DNA of 64,000 bases from Caulobacter sp. (lineage in GTDB: Bacteria > Pseudomonadota > Alphaproteobacteria > Caulobacterales > Caulobacteraceae), in contig JBIIAX010000005.1 in assembly GCA_044239675.1 (NCBI GenBank), forward strand, positions 125,024-189,023, read 5' to 3'. The notes beneath the pieces were generated by a model. That model was given only the letters and a program-made list of their open reading frames with translations, was not told the DNA's origin and made no database searches. A program made the translations under genes and the position numbers. Each line of letters begins with the position of its first letter. Within the stretch, counting starts at the first letter, position 1. Positions 8,251 to 17,143 of the stretch are shown here, piece after piece.

Positions 8251-9720
8251 ATGGCGGACTTCGACTGCGATGTGCTGATCGCCGGCGGCGGGCCCACGGG
8301 CGTGACGCTCGCCATCCTGCTGGCGCGGCGTGGCGTCAAGGTCATCGTCGCCGAGAAGGAGCCGGCGATCTTTCCGCTGCCGCGCGCGGCCCACATCGAC
8401 CACGAGGGCATGCGCATCCTGCAGGAGACGGGGGCTGCCGATGAGATCTTCGCGACGAGCCGCCGCGTCACCCGCTATGATTTCCTCGACGCTCGCCGCC
8501 AGCTGCTGATGCGCTTCGATGGCGCCGATCGGATCGGCCCCGGCGGCTGGCCCGGCGCCAACATGATCCATCAGCCCTCGGTCGAGACCGCGCTGCGACG
8601 CTCGCTCGCCCGCCAGCCGCAGGTCGAACTGCGCCAGGGCTGCGAAGTGCGGTCGTTCGTCGATGACGGCGCCGGCGTGACGACCGAAATCGCCGTGGCG
8701 GGAGCCGTCCGCACCGTTCGAAGCCGCTATCTGATCGGCGCCGATGGCGCGCGATCGTCCGTCCGCACGGCCGCGGGCGTCGTCTTCAATGACCTGCGTT
8801 TCGAGGAGCCCTGGCTGGTGGTGGACGTGCTCGTCGACGATCCAACCCGGCTGCCGACCGCCAACCTGCAGATCTGCGATCCCCGGCGCCCGACCACCTG
8901 CGTCCTCATGGGCGAGGGGCGGCACCGCTGGGAGTTCATGATCCTGCCTGGTGAGACCCCCGAGCAGGTTGCCGCGGACGCGTTCATCGAGACGTTGCTG
9001 GAGCCCTGGGACGTCAAGGGCGCGGTCAGGATAGAACGGAAGGCGGTCTACACCTTCCAGGCCCGCATCGCCGAACAGTGGCAAAAAGGGAAGGTGATTC
9101 TGGCGGGCGACGCCGCCCACCAGACGCCGCCTTTCGCCGGACAGGGCCTGTGTTCCGGCCTGCGCGACGCTTCCAACCTGGCCTGGAAGTTGGCCGCGAT
9201 CGTCGTGGACGGCGCGCCCGAGGGCCTGCTGGACAGTTATCAGACCGAGCGAGGACCGCATCTGCGGGCGACGATCGATACCGCCGTGACAATGGGGCGG
9301 ATGGTCTGCACGACCAATCGCTGGTCGGCCCTGGCCCGCGATCTGAAAATCCGGCTCGCGCGCGCCCTGGGTAAGATGCCGGCAGGGTCTCCAAGTTATC
9401 CCGCGATCGCCGAGGGCGTGATCCTGGCGGGCGCTCCGGGCGCGGGACTGTATTTTCCCCAGCCGGTTTCGGCCGACGGGAATCGCCTGGACGATGTCCT
9501 GGGCCCAGGGAGCTGGCTGCTGTCGCGCGAGGACCTGCAGGCCCCGAGAACGCTTCCGTTCGCCGGACCGGTCGCCCGCTGGCTCGATGCATATGGGGTC
9601 GAGGCGGTGCTGGTAAGGCCCGACCGCTACGTCTACGGCGCCGGTTCGCCCGATCATCTGCGCGCCGCCTGGGCGGCGGCGATAAGCCCGGGCGCCCCGC
9701 CAAGCGCCGAGCGCACCTGA
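8251..9720 (+). CDS. FAD-dependent phenolic monooxygenase, MhpA-like
   Basis: GGGPTG, GADGARS and LAGDAAHQTPPFAGQGLCSGLRDA FAD motifs; C-terminal LVRPDRYV thioredoxin-like tail. Confidence 0.88.
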   Translation: MADFDCDVLIAGGGPTGVTLAILLARRGVKVIVAEKEPAIFPLPRAAHIDHEGMRILQETGAADEIFATSRRVTRYDFLDARRQLLMRFDGADRIGPGGWPGANMIHQPSVETALRRSLARQPQVELRQGCEVRSFVDDGAGVTTEIAVAGAVRTVRSRYLIGADGARSSVRTAAGVVFNDLRFEEPWLVVDVLVDDPTRLPTANLQICDPRRPTTCVLMGEGRHRWEFMILPGETPEQVAADAFIETLLEPWDVKGAVRIERKAVYTFQARIAEQWQKGKVILAGDAAHQTPPFAGQGLCSGLRDASNLAWKLAAIVVDGAPEGLLDSYQTERGPHLRATIDTAVTMGRMVCTTNRWSALARDLKIRLARALGKMPAGSPSYPAIAEGVILAGAPGAGLYFPQPVSADGNRLDDVLGPGSWLLSREDLQAPRTLPFAGPVARWLDAYGVEAVLVRPDRYVYGAGSPDHLRAAWAAAISPGAPPSAERT

Positions 9721-9841
9721 TCATCGCCCAAGGACCACGGACGATGGCTGCAACCCGCGCCCTCTCGCCAGCGAGGCCTTGCCGCGTCAATCATGCTGGT
9801 CGCGATTCCACATCGGGCGCCTCTTGATCGCGCCTTGGCAC

Positions 9842-9854
9842 ATTGTCAGACAAT
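9842..9854. promoter_or_regulatory. Palindrome ATTGTCAGACAAT upstream of gntR, probable GntR/FadR-type operator
   Basis: Perfect 6-bp arms; shares the core of the site at 10708-10732. Confidence 0.65.
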
Positions 9855-9890
9855 CGTGTAGGTCATGGGCCGGCAGGGAGAAGGCGAAGC

Positions 9891-10628
9891 ATGGCGGGCG
9901 GCAAGGAGGCGGGCGCAGGAACGGGCGGGGGCGAGGCCCTGCCGCTGGACGCCCGGCTGTCGCAGGTGCTGGTGCGGGAGATCATCGCGGGCCGCTATCC
10001 GCCGGGGTCCTGGATCCGTGAACAGGAGGTCTCCGACCGCCACAAGGTTTCCCGCGCCTCCGTCCGCGAGGCCCTGCGCAACGTCGCCTACGCCGGCTTC
10101 GTGGAGATCCAGCCCTGGCGCGGCGCCCAGGTGGCGCAGATCAGCAAGGCCGAGCTGATCGACATCTTTCGGCTGCTAGAACAGACCTATGCGCAATGCG
10201 CCCACTGGGCCGCCGAGCGTTTCCCCGAGGCCCTCCTTTCCCGGCTGGACGCCGGCCTGGCGGCCATGGAGGCCGCCGCCCGGGCCGGGGCGCGGACCGC
10301 CGAGCTGGACAGCCTGTCCTTCGGCCTGGGCCAGATGGTCGGCCGCCATTCGGGCAGCCAGCTGGCCTATCGCCTGCTGGTCCAGGTCGGCAACCTGGCC
10401 CTCTGGCAGCAGCGGGTGCTGTCGCCCGGCAATCCGCACACCACGGAACAGTCGCTGAACGCCCACCGAATCCTGGTCTCGGCGATCCGCGCCCGGGAAG
10501 CCGAGGTGGCGGAATCGGCGGCCCGGATGATCGTCATCATCACCCGCAACACCCTGGAGGCCTCCGACTTCCAGCCCCCGCCTCCGCCGGAGCCGCCGCC
10601 GAAACGCCCGCGCGCCACGCGCGCCTAG
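9891..10628 (+). CDS. GntR (FadR/FCD) family transcriptional regulator
   Basis: IIAGRYPPGSWIREQEVSDRHKVSRASVREAL winged HTH; HRILVSAIRAREAEVA FCD-like tail. Confidence 0.85.
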   Translation: MAGGKEAGAGTGGGEALPLDARLSQVLVREIIAGRYPPGSWIREQEVSDRHKVSRASVREALRNVAYAGFVEIQPWRGAQVAQISKAELIDIFRLLEQTYAQCAHWAAERFPEALLSRLDAGLAAMEAAARAGARTAELDSLSFGLGQMVGRHSGSQLAYRLLVQVGNLALWQQRVLSPGNPHTTEQSLNAHRILVSAIRAREAEVAESAARMIVIITRNTLEASDFQPPPPPEPPPKRPRATRA

Positions 10629-10707
10629 CCCGGGTTGGATGACGGGCCGGCCGCCCAAGGCCGGCGGCGGCGCGCTCGGCTCAAAGGGCGGCAAGCCGCA
10701 GGCTTTG

Positions 10708-10732
10708 GCAAAAATTGTTTGACAATTTTTGC
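10708..10732. promoter_or_regulatory. Inverted repeat GCAAAAATTGT-TTG-ACAATTTTTGC upstream of the TonB receptor, probable GntR operator overlapping a TTGACA
   Basis: Perfect 11-bp arms read directly; contains TTGACA at 10719-10724. Confidence 0.7.
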
Positions 10733-10777
10733 GTCTCTCCCATTCTTCGCGCAACAAGCATGAAGGGGAGTGAAACC

Positions 10778-13222
10778 ATGCGTCATCGCCTGCCGGCGCT
10801 TTGCGCCACCACCGCCTTGGCCGTGACCAGCCTCGCGACGGGAGTCGCTTCGGCCCAGGACGGGCCCCCGGCCGGGGATGGGGTCGCGGTCGAGGAAGTC
10901 GTCGTCACCTCCCGCCGCCGCGACGAGCAGCTGCAGGATGTGCCGATCGCCGTCAACGCCATCACGCCCCGGGATCGCGAGACCCTGGTGCTTGAGAACC
11001 TGGACGATTATCTGCGCCAGTCGCCCGGGGCGACCCTGGTGTCCTCGGGCCCGGAATATCTCAACGACATCTCGATCCGGGGCCAGGGCGGCGGTCGGCT
11101 CGGCTTTTCCGAGACCTCGACCGGCCTGTTCCGCGACGGGCTGTTCGTCGCCGGCGGCGGGTTCGGCGGGCGCTCGCTGAGCCGGCTGGACTTCTTCGAC
11201 GCCGGCCGGGTCGAGGTGATGCGCGGGCCGCAGGGGGCCCTGTTCGGCCGCAACTCGGTGGGCGGGGCGATCAATGTCGTCAGCCAGGCGCCGACCGACA
11301 GTTTCGAGGGCCGCGCCCTGCTGCGCTATCAGGACCCGGAGTCGATCACCTTTGAGGGTCTGCTTAATGCGCCGGTCATCCCGGACCGGCTGGCCGTTCG
11401 TATCGGCGGTTTCGCCCAGGACCAGGAGGGCGGCGAGGTCCGCAACCTGACCACCGGCAACGCCCTGGACGTGCAGCGTTACCAGGGCTTGCGGGCCGCC
11501 CTGCGCTGGACCCCGAGCGCCGACCTGACCGTCGATTTCAGCTGGGAGGGGTCGCACAGCGAATCTCCGGCCTTCGCCACCCTGGGCCGGCGGCCGGCCC
11601 GCATCGACCTGACGCCGCTCGATCCCTCGCCCGACCTGCGGACCGACATGAACCGCGAGGGCGGCTCGACGATCGACGACAACGCCTATTACCTGACCGC
11701 GGTCTGGGACCTGGGCTTCGCCGACCTCAACCTGCGGGCCGGCTACAAGACCCGCGACGGCGGCCGCAGCGGCGAGGACAATGACCATTTCGCCGGCCAG
11801 TCGGGCATCGACGTGATGCCCGGCGTCGAGGTCCGGCCCGCCGATTACACGGTCGGCCAGTTCGAGACCTTCGATCGCAAGGTGGCGCAGGCCTATCTCG
11901 CCTCCAAGGGCGAGGGTCCGGTGACCTGGCTGGTCGGGGTCGAATATCTGACCACCGACAATACGGTGAATGTCGACCCCACCCTCTGCGCGGCCTATAC
12001 CGGCGCCGCCCAGCCGATCATCGACGGCTGTTTCGTCGGACAGGTCGGATCCCTGACCGGGACCTCGCTGCAGGTCCGCAGCGCGGGGCGCCTGGGCCTC
12101 AACCATGACCGCTTCAGCGAGACCCTGGAATCGCCGTCGCTGTTCGGCTCGGTCGAGTACGCCTTTACCGACCGCACCCGCCTGGGTCTTGAGGCCCGGG
12201 TGCAGAGCGACAGCAAGTCCTACCGCATCCAGCGCTGGAGCGAGGACCCGCTGGTCTATTTCGGGACGGGTCCGATCCCGGTCGGCCTGGCCGCGCCGAT
12301 CACCTCCGACCCGGACGGCGCCGGCCCCTTGACCGCCCAGCCGGTGCAGTTCTGCCCGCCGACCCTGGCCGGCTGCAGCGCCGCCCTGTCGACCGTCGAC
12401 ATCAAGGCGGACGCCGACTGGACCTTCGTCACCCCGGCCCTGACGCTCAGCCACCGGTTTACCGAGGACAGCACCGGCTATCTGCGCTTCTCGACCGCCT
12501 ACCGGCCAGGCGGCTTCAACACCAACCTTCCGCCGACCACGGTGCGCGACCAGATCGCCAGCCAGCTGATCTATGACCCGGAATACGCCTACAGCTACGA
12601 AGCCGGTTGGAAGGGACGGCTGCTCGGTATCAACCTTACCGCCGCCCTGTTCTACAGCTGGACCAACGAGGTCCAGGTGACTACCGCGCCGTCGGCCCTG
12701 TCTCGCGGCTTCGTGCTCGACAACGCTGGCGACGCCCACATCTGGGGCTGGGAGATCGAGGCCCGCAAACGCTGGACCCTCGGGCCTGGAACGCTGATGG
12801 CCAACCTGGCGGTCAGCGGCCAGCAGGGCGAATTCGAGGAGGGCGCCTCGGTGTTGTTCGACACCAACGGCGACGGGATCCCTGACATTCTCGACCTGGA
12901 GGGCAACGAGGTTCCGCGCATGCGCGACTATCAAGTGACCCTCAACCTGGCCTACGGTTTTCCAATCAGCGGAAACTGGCGCGGCCTGGTCTCGACCAGC
13001 TACCAGGCGGCCGACGGCGGCTACGAGACCCCGGCCAACGCCGAGTCCTACGAGGGCTACAACCTGCTCGACGGCCGGGTGACCGTGACCAACGGATCGC
13101 TGCGGGTCTCGCTGTTCGGCCGCAACCTGACGGACGAGCGCTACATCACCAACATCCTCAACACCAACGAGTACTATAATGAGCCCCGGGTGCTCGGGGC
13201 CGAGATCGCCGTGGAGTTCTGA
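10778..13222 (+). CDS. TonB-dependent outer-membrane receptor
   Basis: Signal peptide, TonB-box-like EEVVVT, plug motif RVEVMRGPQGALFGRNSVGGAIN, C-terminal Phe (IAVEF). Confidence 0.93.
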   Translation: MRHRLPALCATTALAVTSLATGVASAQDGPPAGDGVAVEEVVVTSRRRDEQLQDVPIAVNAITPRDRETLVLENLDDYLRQSPGATLVSSGPEYLNDISIRGQGGGRLGFSETSTGLFRDGLFVAGGGFGGRSLSRLDFFDAGRVEVMRGPQGALFGRNSVGGAINVVSQAPTDSFEGRALLRYQDPESITFEGLLNAPVIPDRLAVRIGGFAQDQEGGEVRNLTTGNALDVQRYQGLRAALRWTPSADLTVDFSWEGSHSESPAFATLGRRPARIDLTPLDPSPDLRTDMNREGGSTIDDNAYYLTAVWDLGFADLNLRAGYKTRDGGRSGEDNDHFAGQSGIDVMPGVEVRPADYTVGQFETFDRKVAQAYLASKGEGPVTWLVGVEYLTTDNTVNVDPTLCAAYTGAAQPIIDGCFVGQVGSLTGTSLQVRSAGRLGLNHDRFSETLESPSLFGSVEYAFTDRTRLGLEARVQSDSKSYRIQRWSEDPLVYFGTGPIPVGLAAPITSDPDGAGPLTAQPVQFCPPTLAGCSAALSTVDIKADADWTFVTPALTLSHRFTEDSTGYLRFSTAYRPGGFNTNLPPTTVRDQIASQLIYDPEYAYSYEAGWKGRLLGINLTAALFYSWTNEVQVTTAPSALSRGFVLDNAGDAHIWGWEIEARKRWTLGPGTLMANLAVSGQQGEFEEGASVLFDTNGDGIPDILDLEGNEVPRMRDYQVTLNLAYGFPISGNWRGLVSTSYQAADGGYETPANAESYEGYNLLDGRVTVTNGSLRVSLFGRNLTDERYITNILNTNEYYNEPRVLGAEIAVEF

Positions 13223-13224
13223 CG

Positions 13225-14256
13225 ATGAACCACAAGCCGCTGCTCGCTCTCCTCCTGTCGGCCGCCAGCCTGGTCGCCCCGGCCTGCGCTCCTGCGCGCG
13301 CCCAGCCGGCGCCGGCCCTGCCGGCGCCCGCGCCATCGCCCGGAAAGGTCAGCATCGTGCTGGGCGAATGGACCGACCCGGCGCGGGGCGGACGGATCGT
13401 GCCCTACAAGCTGTACCTGCCGGCCGGCGCCGGGCCCTTTCCGGTGGTTGTCCATTCCCACGGCCTGGGCGGCAGCCGCGAGGGTTCCAGCTACATCGCC
13501 AAGGCGGTGGCCGAGGAAGGCATCGCCGTCTTCGCCATCCAGCACGCCGGGTCGGACAGCGGCATTCTCAACCGCGAGACCATCGCCGCCACCCGGCAGG
13601 GCAATCTGCGGCTGGCCCCGGACGCGGCCGAGCAGCGGTTCCGCGACCTGCCCTTCGCCCTCGACCAGATTACGGCGATGAACGCCGCCGGTCCCTACAG
13701 GGGCCGCTTCAACCTCTCGCGGATCGGCATGTCGGGCCACAGCTTCGGGGCGCTCTCGACCCTGGCCGCGGTCGGCCAGTCGATGCCCGGCGTCGGCCCG
13801 GCGTTCCGTGAACCTCGCATCCGGGCGGCCATCGTCTACAGCCCCAACAAGCCGCGCCAGGGCGAGGCGGGCCCGGCCTTCGCCGGCGTCGCCACGCCGA
13901 TCCTGCACTTTACGGGCACCGCCGACGTCTCGCCGGTCGACCTGGAAAAGACCCCCTGGGAGCGGACCATCCCCTTCCAGACCATCAACGGCCCGGACCA
14001 GTATCTGATCGTGCTGGAAGGCGGCGACCATGGCATCTTCGGCGGTCGGCTGGCGGGCGGCGGGCTGAACCGGCCGACCGACCCCGGACATGTGGCGGTC
14101 ATCCTGGCCGAGACCACCCGCTTCTGGCGCGCCTGGCTGCTGGATGACGCGGGCGCCAACAGCGACCTCTGCGCCATCCCGACCCGGGTCGCCCCGGTGG
14201 CGGCGGGCTACACCAAGGCCGCCCATTGCGGGCCGCCCACGCCCCTGCCCAGATAG
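13225..14256 (+). CDS. Exported alpha/beta hydrolase (dienelactone hydrolase / PAF-AH-like)
   Basis: Signal peptide; HSHGLGG oxyanion motif; GHSFG nucleophile elbow; GGDHG catalytic His. Confidence 0.8.
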   Translation: MNHKPLLALLLSAASLVAPACAPARAQPAPALPAPAPSPGKVSIVLGEWTDPARGGRIVPYKLYLPAGAGPFPVVVHSHGLGGSREGSSYIAKAVAEEGIAVFAIQHAGSDSGILNRETIAATRQGNLRLAPDAAEQRFRDLPFALDQITAMNAAGPYRGRFNLSRIGMSGHSFGALSTLAAVGQSMPGVGPAFREPRIRAAIVYSPNKPRQGEAGPAFAGVATPILHFTGTADVSPVDLEKTPWERTIPFQTINGPDQYLIVLEGGDHGIFGGRLAGGGLNRPTDPGHVAVILAETTRFWRAWLLDDAGANSDLCAIPTRVAPVAAGYTKAAHCGPPTPLPR

Positions 14257-14353
14257 ACAACGCGTGTCCTTCCGTCCCCCGGGGCGGAAGGCGGCCCGAC
14301 GGGGCCAGGATATGGGGTCGCGCCGTTTGGGGTGAGGCCGTCCGGAGAAACCG

Positions 14354-15838
14354 ATGCTTCTGCGCCTGATCGCCGGCGTCGCCGCCGCCCTCGCCCTCAC
14401 CGCCTGTTCCACGGCCCCGCAGGAGGCCGTCCAGGCGCCGGCGCGACGGCCCAACATCATCGTCATCCTGGCCGACGACCTGGGGTATGGCGATCTCTCC
14501 ACCTATGGCGGCTGGATCCCCGCCCCGAACATCACAGCCCTGGCGGCGTCCGGCGTGAAGTTCACCGACGGCTATGTCACGGCCGCCGTCTGCGCGCCCT
14601 CGCGCTCGGCCCTGCTCTCGGGGCGATCCCAGACCCGCTTCGGCTTTGAGTTCAATCCCGTCGGCCGCGACGCCAGCGGCGGCCTGCCCCTGGCCGAGAC
14701 CACCATTCCGAAGGTCATGAGGGACGCCGGCTACGCGACCGGAATGGTCGGCAAATGGCATATCGGCCAGGCGCCCGGCTTTCACCCGCTCGACCGGGGG
14801 TTCGACAGTTTCTACGGCCTGCTGGGCGGCGCCACCGACTTCATCCTCGATCGCCAGCCGGGCGACCTGATCGCCCCCATCGCCGGCGACCAGTTGACCA
14901 CCCGCGACCGGTTCCCCGTCAGCCGGGGGCGGGAGGTCGTGCGTGAGCCCCGCTACCTGACCGAGGCCTTCACGGAGGAGGCCATCGGCTTCATCCGCCA
15001 GAACCGCGACAAGCCCTTTTTCCTCTATCTGGCTCAGACCGCGCCTCATACGCCGCTGCAGGCCACGAAGATGTACGCCGATCGGTTCGCCGCCATCCAA
15101 GACCCCCACCGGCGCGCCTATGCGGCCATGGTTTCCGCCCTCGACGACAGCGTCGGCCAGGTGGTCGCGGAACTTAAGGCCCAGGGCCTGGAGAAGGACA
15201 CCATCGTCGTCTTCCTCAGCGACAACGGTTGCGCCGGCTATGTCCGCGGCGCCTGTTCGAACGCGCCCCTGGCCGGGTTCAAGGGCATGCCCTGGCAGGG
15301 CGGGATCAAGGTTCCCTATATCCTGTCCGCCCCCGGCCGCGTCGCCCCCGGACAGGTCATCGGCGCCCCGGTCTCCAGCCTCGACCTGATGGTCACCGCC
15401 GCCCGCGCCGGGGGCGCCGCGGCGCCGGCCAACGCCGAGGGGACCGACCTGCTGGCCATGCTGCGCCGGCGGGCCGCTCCCGCGGAGCGCAGCCTGTTCT
15501 GGCGCACCGGACCCAATTACGCCGCCCGCCAGGGCCGCTGGAAGCTGATCGTCGTCAACAAGTCGGACGTCGTCGATGATCCGAACGACGTCTACGGCTC
15601 ACCGACGCCGGACGGCGTCGGGGCGGCCATCTCGCCACTCGGCCAGTGGGTGCTGCTCTATGACATCGACAAGGATCCGGGAGAGACGACCGACGTCTCC
15701 GATGCTCATCCGGCCGTGGTCAAGCAGATGATGGCCGGCTATCGCGCCTGGGACGCCGCCAACGCCCCGCCGATGTGGACCAGCCGCCGCCAGTTCCGGT
15801 CGGAGGTGAACGGCCGAAAGGTGCAGCTCTACAACTGA
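14354..15838 (+). CDS. Formylglycine-dependent sulfatase, lipoprotein
   Basis: Lipobox LTAC; ILADDLG, CAPSRSALLSG (CxPxR), GKWHIG and SDNG motifs. Confidence 0.92.
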   Translation: MLLRLIAGVAAALALTACSTAPQEAVQAPARRPNIIVILADDLGYGDLSTYGGWIPAPNITALAASGVKFTDGYVTAAVCAPSRSALLSGRSQTRFGFEFNPVGRDASGGLPLAETTIPKVMRDAGYATGMVGKWHIGQAPGFHPLDRGFDSFYGLLGGATDFILDRQPGDLIAPIAGDQLTTRDRFPVSRGREVVREPRYLTEAFTEEAIGFIRQNRDKPFFLYLAQTAPHTPLQATKMYADRFAAIQDPHRRAYAAMVSALDDSVGQVVAELKAQGLEKDTIVVFLSDNGCAGYVRGACSNAPLAGFKGMPWQGGIKVPYILSAPGRVAPGQVIGAPVSSLDLMVTAARAGGAAAPANAEGTDLLAMLRRRAAPAERSLFWRTGPNYAARQGRWKLIVVNKSDVVDDPNDVYGSPTPDGVGAAISPLGQWVLLYDIDKDPGETTDVSDAHPAVVKQMMAGYRAWDAANAPPMWTSRRQFRSEVNGRKVQLYN

Positions 15839-15908
15839 CGCAGGACTTCCAGGCCGGGACATCGAAACGGGCTGAACCAAGACCGACCGTTGGCCGGCTG
15901 ATCCAGGC

Positions 15909-16646
15909 CTAGATATCCCCGCCCACATTCGTCGGCGTCACATGAGCCCGGGCGACGTGGATGCCGCATTCGGTCTTGTCCTGGCCGGCCCAGCGGCCGG
16001 CGCGGACGTCCTGGCCTTCCTCGACGGCGCTGGTGCAGGGCCAGCAGCCGATGGAGGGGAAGCCCTGCGCCACCAGGGGGTGGGCCGGGAGGTCGTGCTG
16101 GGCGGCGTAGGCGTCCAGCTCCGCCTTGCCCCAGTTGGCCAGGGGGTTGAACTTGATCTTGTCCTCGGAGCTTTCGACCACGGCCAGGCGCAGGCGGTCG
16201 CCGCCGTGGAACCGCTTGCGGCCGGTCAGCCAGGCGTCGAAACCGGCGAGGGCGAGATCCAGCGGGATGACCTTGCGGATGTTGCAGCAGGCGTCGGTGT
16301 CGGTCTTCCACAGATTGGCGTCGGGATCGCCGACGGCCAGGTCCTGGAAGCGGGGCCGCAGATCGCGGACATCGGTCAGGCCGAGGCGCTGGGTCAGTTG
16401 CTTGCGGTAGTCGAGGGTCTGGCCGAACAGCATGCCGGTATCCAGGAAGAGGACCGGGATATCCTTGCTGACCTGGGCGGCCAGGTGCAGCAGCACGGCG
16501 GACTCGGCGCCGAAGGAGGAGACCAGGGCCAGGCGGGAGCCGAAGGTGCGGACGGCGGTCTCGATGATGGTTCTGGGGTCGGCGTCGCGAAGCTCGGCGT
16601 CCAGGCGGACGGCCGGATTGACGCGCTCCATCTGGTCGAAGGCCAT
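15909..16646 (-). CDS. cysH: Phosphoadenylyl-sulfate (APS/PAPS) reductase
   Basis: SSFGAES, CCNIRKV, SIGCWPCT and terminal ECGIH motifs; the CC...CxxC set suggests the Fe-S APS-reductase type. Confidence 0.93.
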   Translation of the reverse strand: MAFDQMERVNPAVRLDAELRDADPRTIIETAVRTFGSRLALVSSFGAESAVLLHLAAQVSKDIPVLFLDTGMLFGQTLDYRKQLTQRLGLTDVRDLRPRFQDLAVGDPDANLWKTDTDACCNIRKVIPLDLALAGFDAWLTGRKRFHGGDRLRLAVVESSEDKIKFNPLANWGKAELDAYAAQHDLPAHPLVAQGFPSIGCWPCTSAVEEGQDVRAGRWAGQDKTECGIHVARAHVTPTNVGGDI

Positions 16647-17143
16647 CAGCCCCTCTCCTCGAAGGCCGGCGTGCGATGGTCGGCGGCGCGCTGGTAGACG
16701 TGACGGAACAGGCCGACGGCCTTGGCCCACTGCTCCGGCGTGGCGCCGTCGGCGGGGGCGAAGCTGTCGAAGCCGCAGCGGACCATGAACATCGCCTGCT
16801 GCAGCAGCACGTCGCCAACCGCCCTCACCTCACCCGTATAGCCCAGCCGCTCGCGCAGCAGGGTGGCGGTGGTAAAGGTGCGGCCGTCCCGGAACTTGGG
16901 GAAGACCACGGCCACCACGGCCAGGCGAGGCAGGTCGTAGGCCAGGTCCTCGATGGCCTCGCTGGTCTCGATCCGCACCCCGACGCGGCGGCCGGCGGTG
17001 ACCAGGGCGTCGCCCTCGGCCTGGAAGCGGGACAGGGAAAGGATCACCGGTCCATCCGGGATAGCGTCCTCGTCGGCGACATTGACGAAGACGTCTTCGG
17101 CGGCGGTGAAGGCGCCGTCGGCGAGCTTAATGAGCGTCGGCAT
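16646..17143 (-). CDS. DUF934 family protein (cysI-cysH associated)
   Basis: FPKFRDGR...LLRERLGYTGEVRAVGDVL and RCGFDSF motifs; position between cysI and cysH. Confidence 0.85.
   Translation of the reverse strand: MPTLIKLADGAFTAAEDVFVNVADEDAIPDGPVILSLSRFQAEGDALVTAGRRVGVRIETSEAIEDLAYDLPRLAVVAVVFPKFRDGRTFTTATLLRERLGYTGEVRAVGDVLLQQAMFMVRCGFDSFAPADGATPEQWAKAVGLFRHVYQRAADHRTPAFEERG

Noticed and set aside
10625-13336. 903-aa ORF antisense to the TonB receptor, and similar long shadows (31204-34053, 48310-50676, 16953-18581)
   Set aside because: These are antisense frames kept open by high-GC codon bias of well-supported genes; no recognisable motifs.
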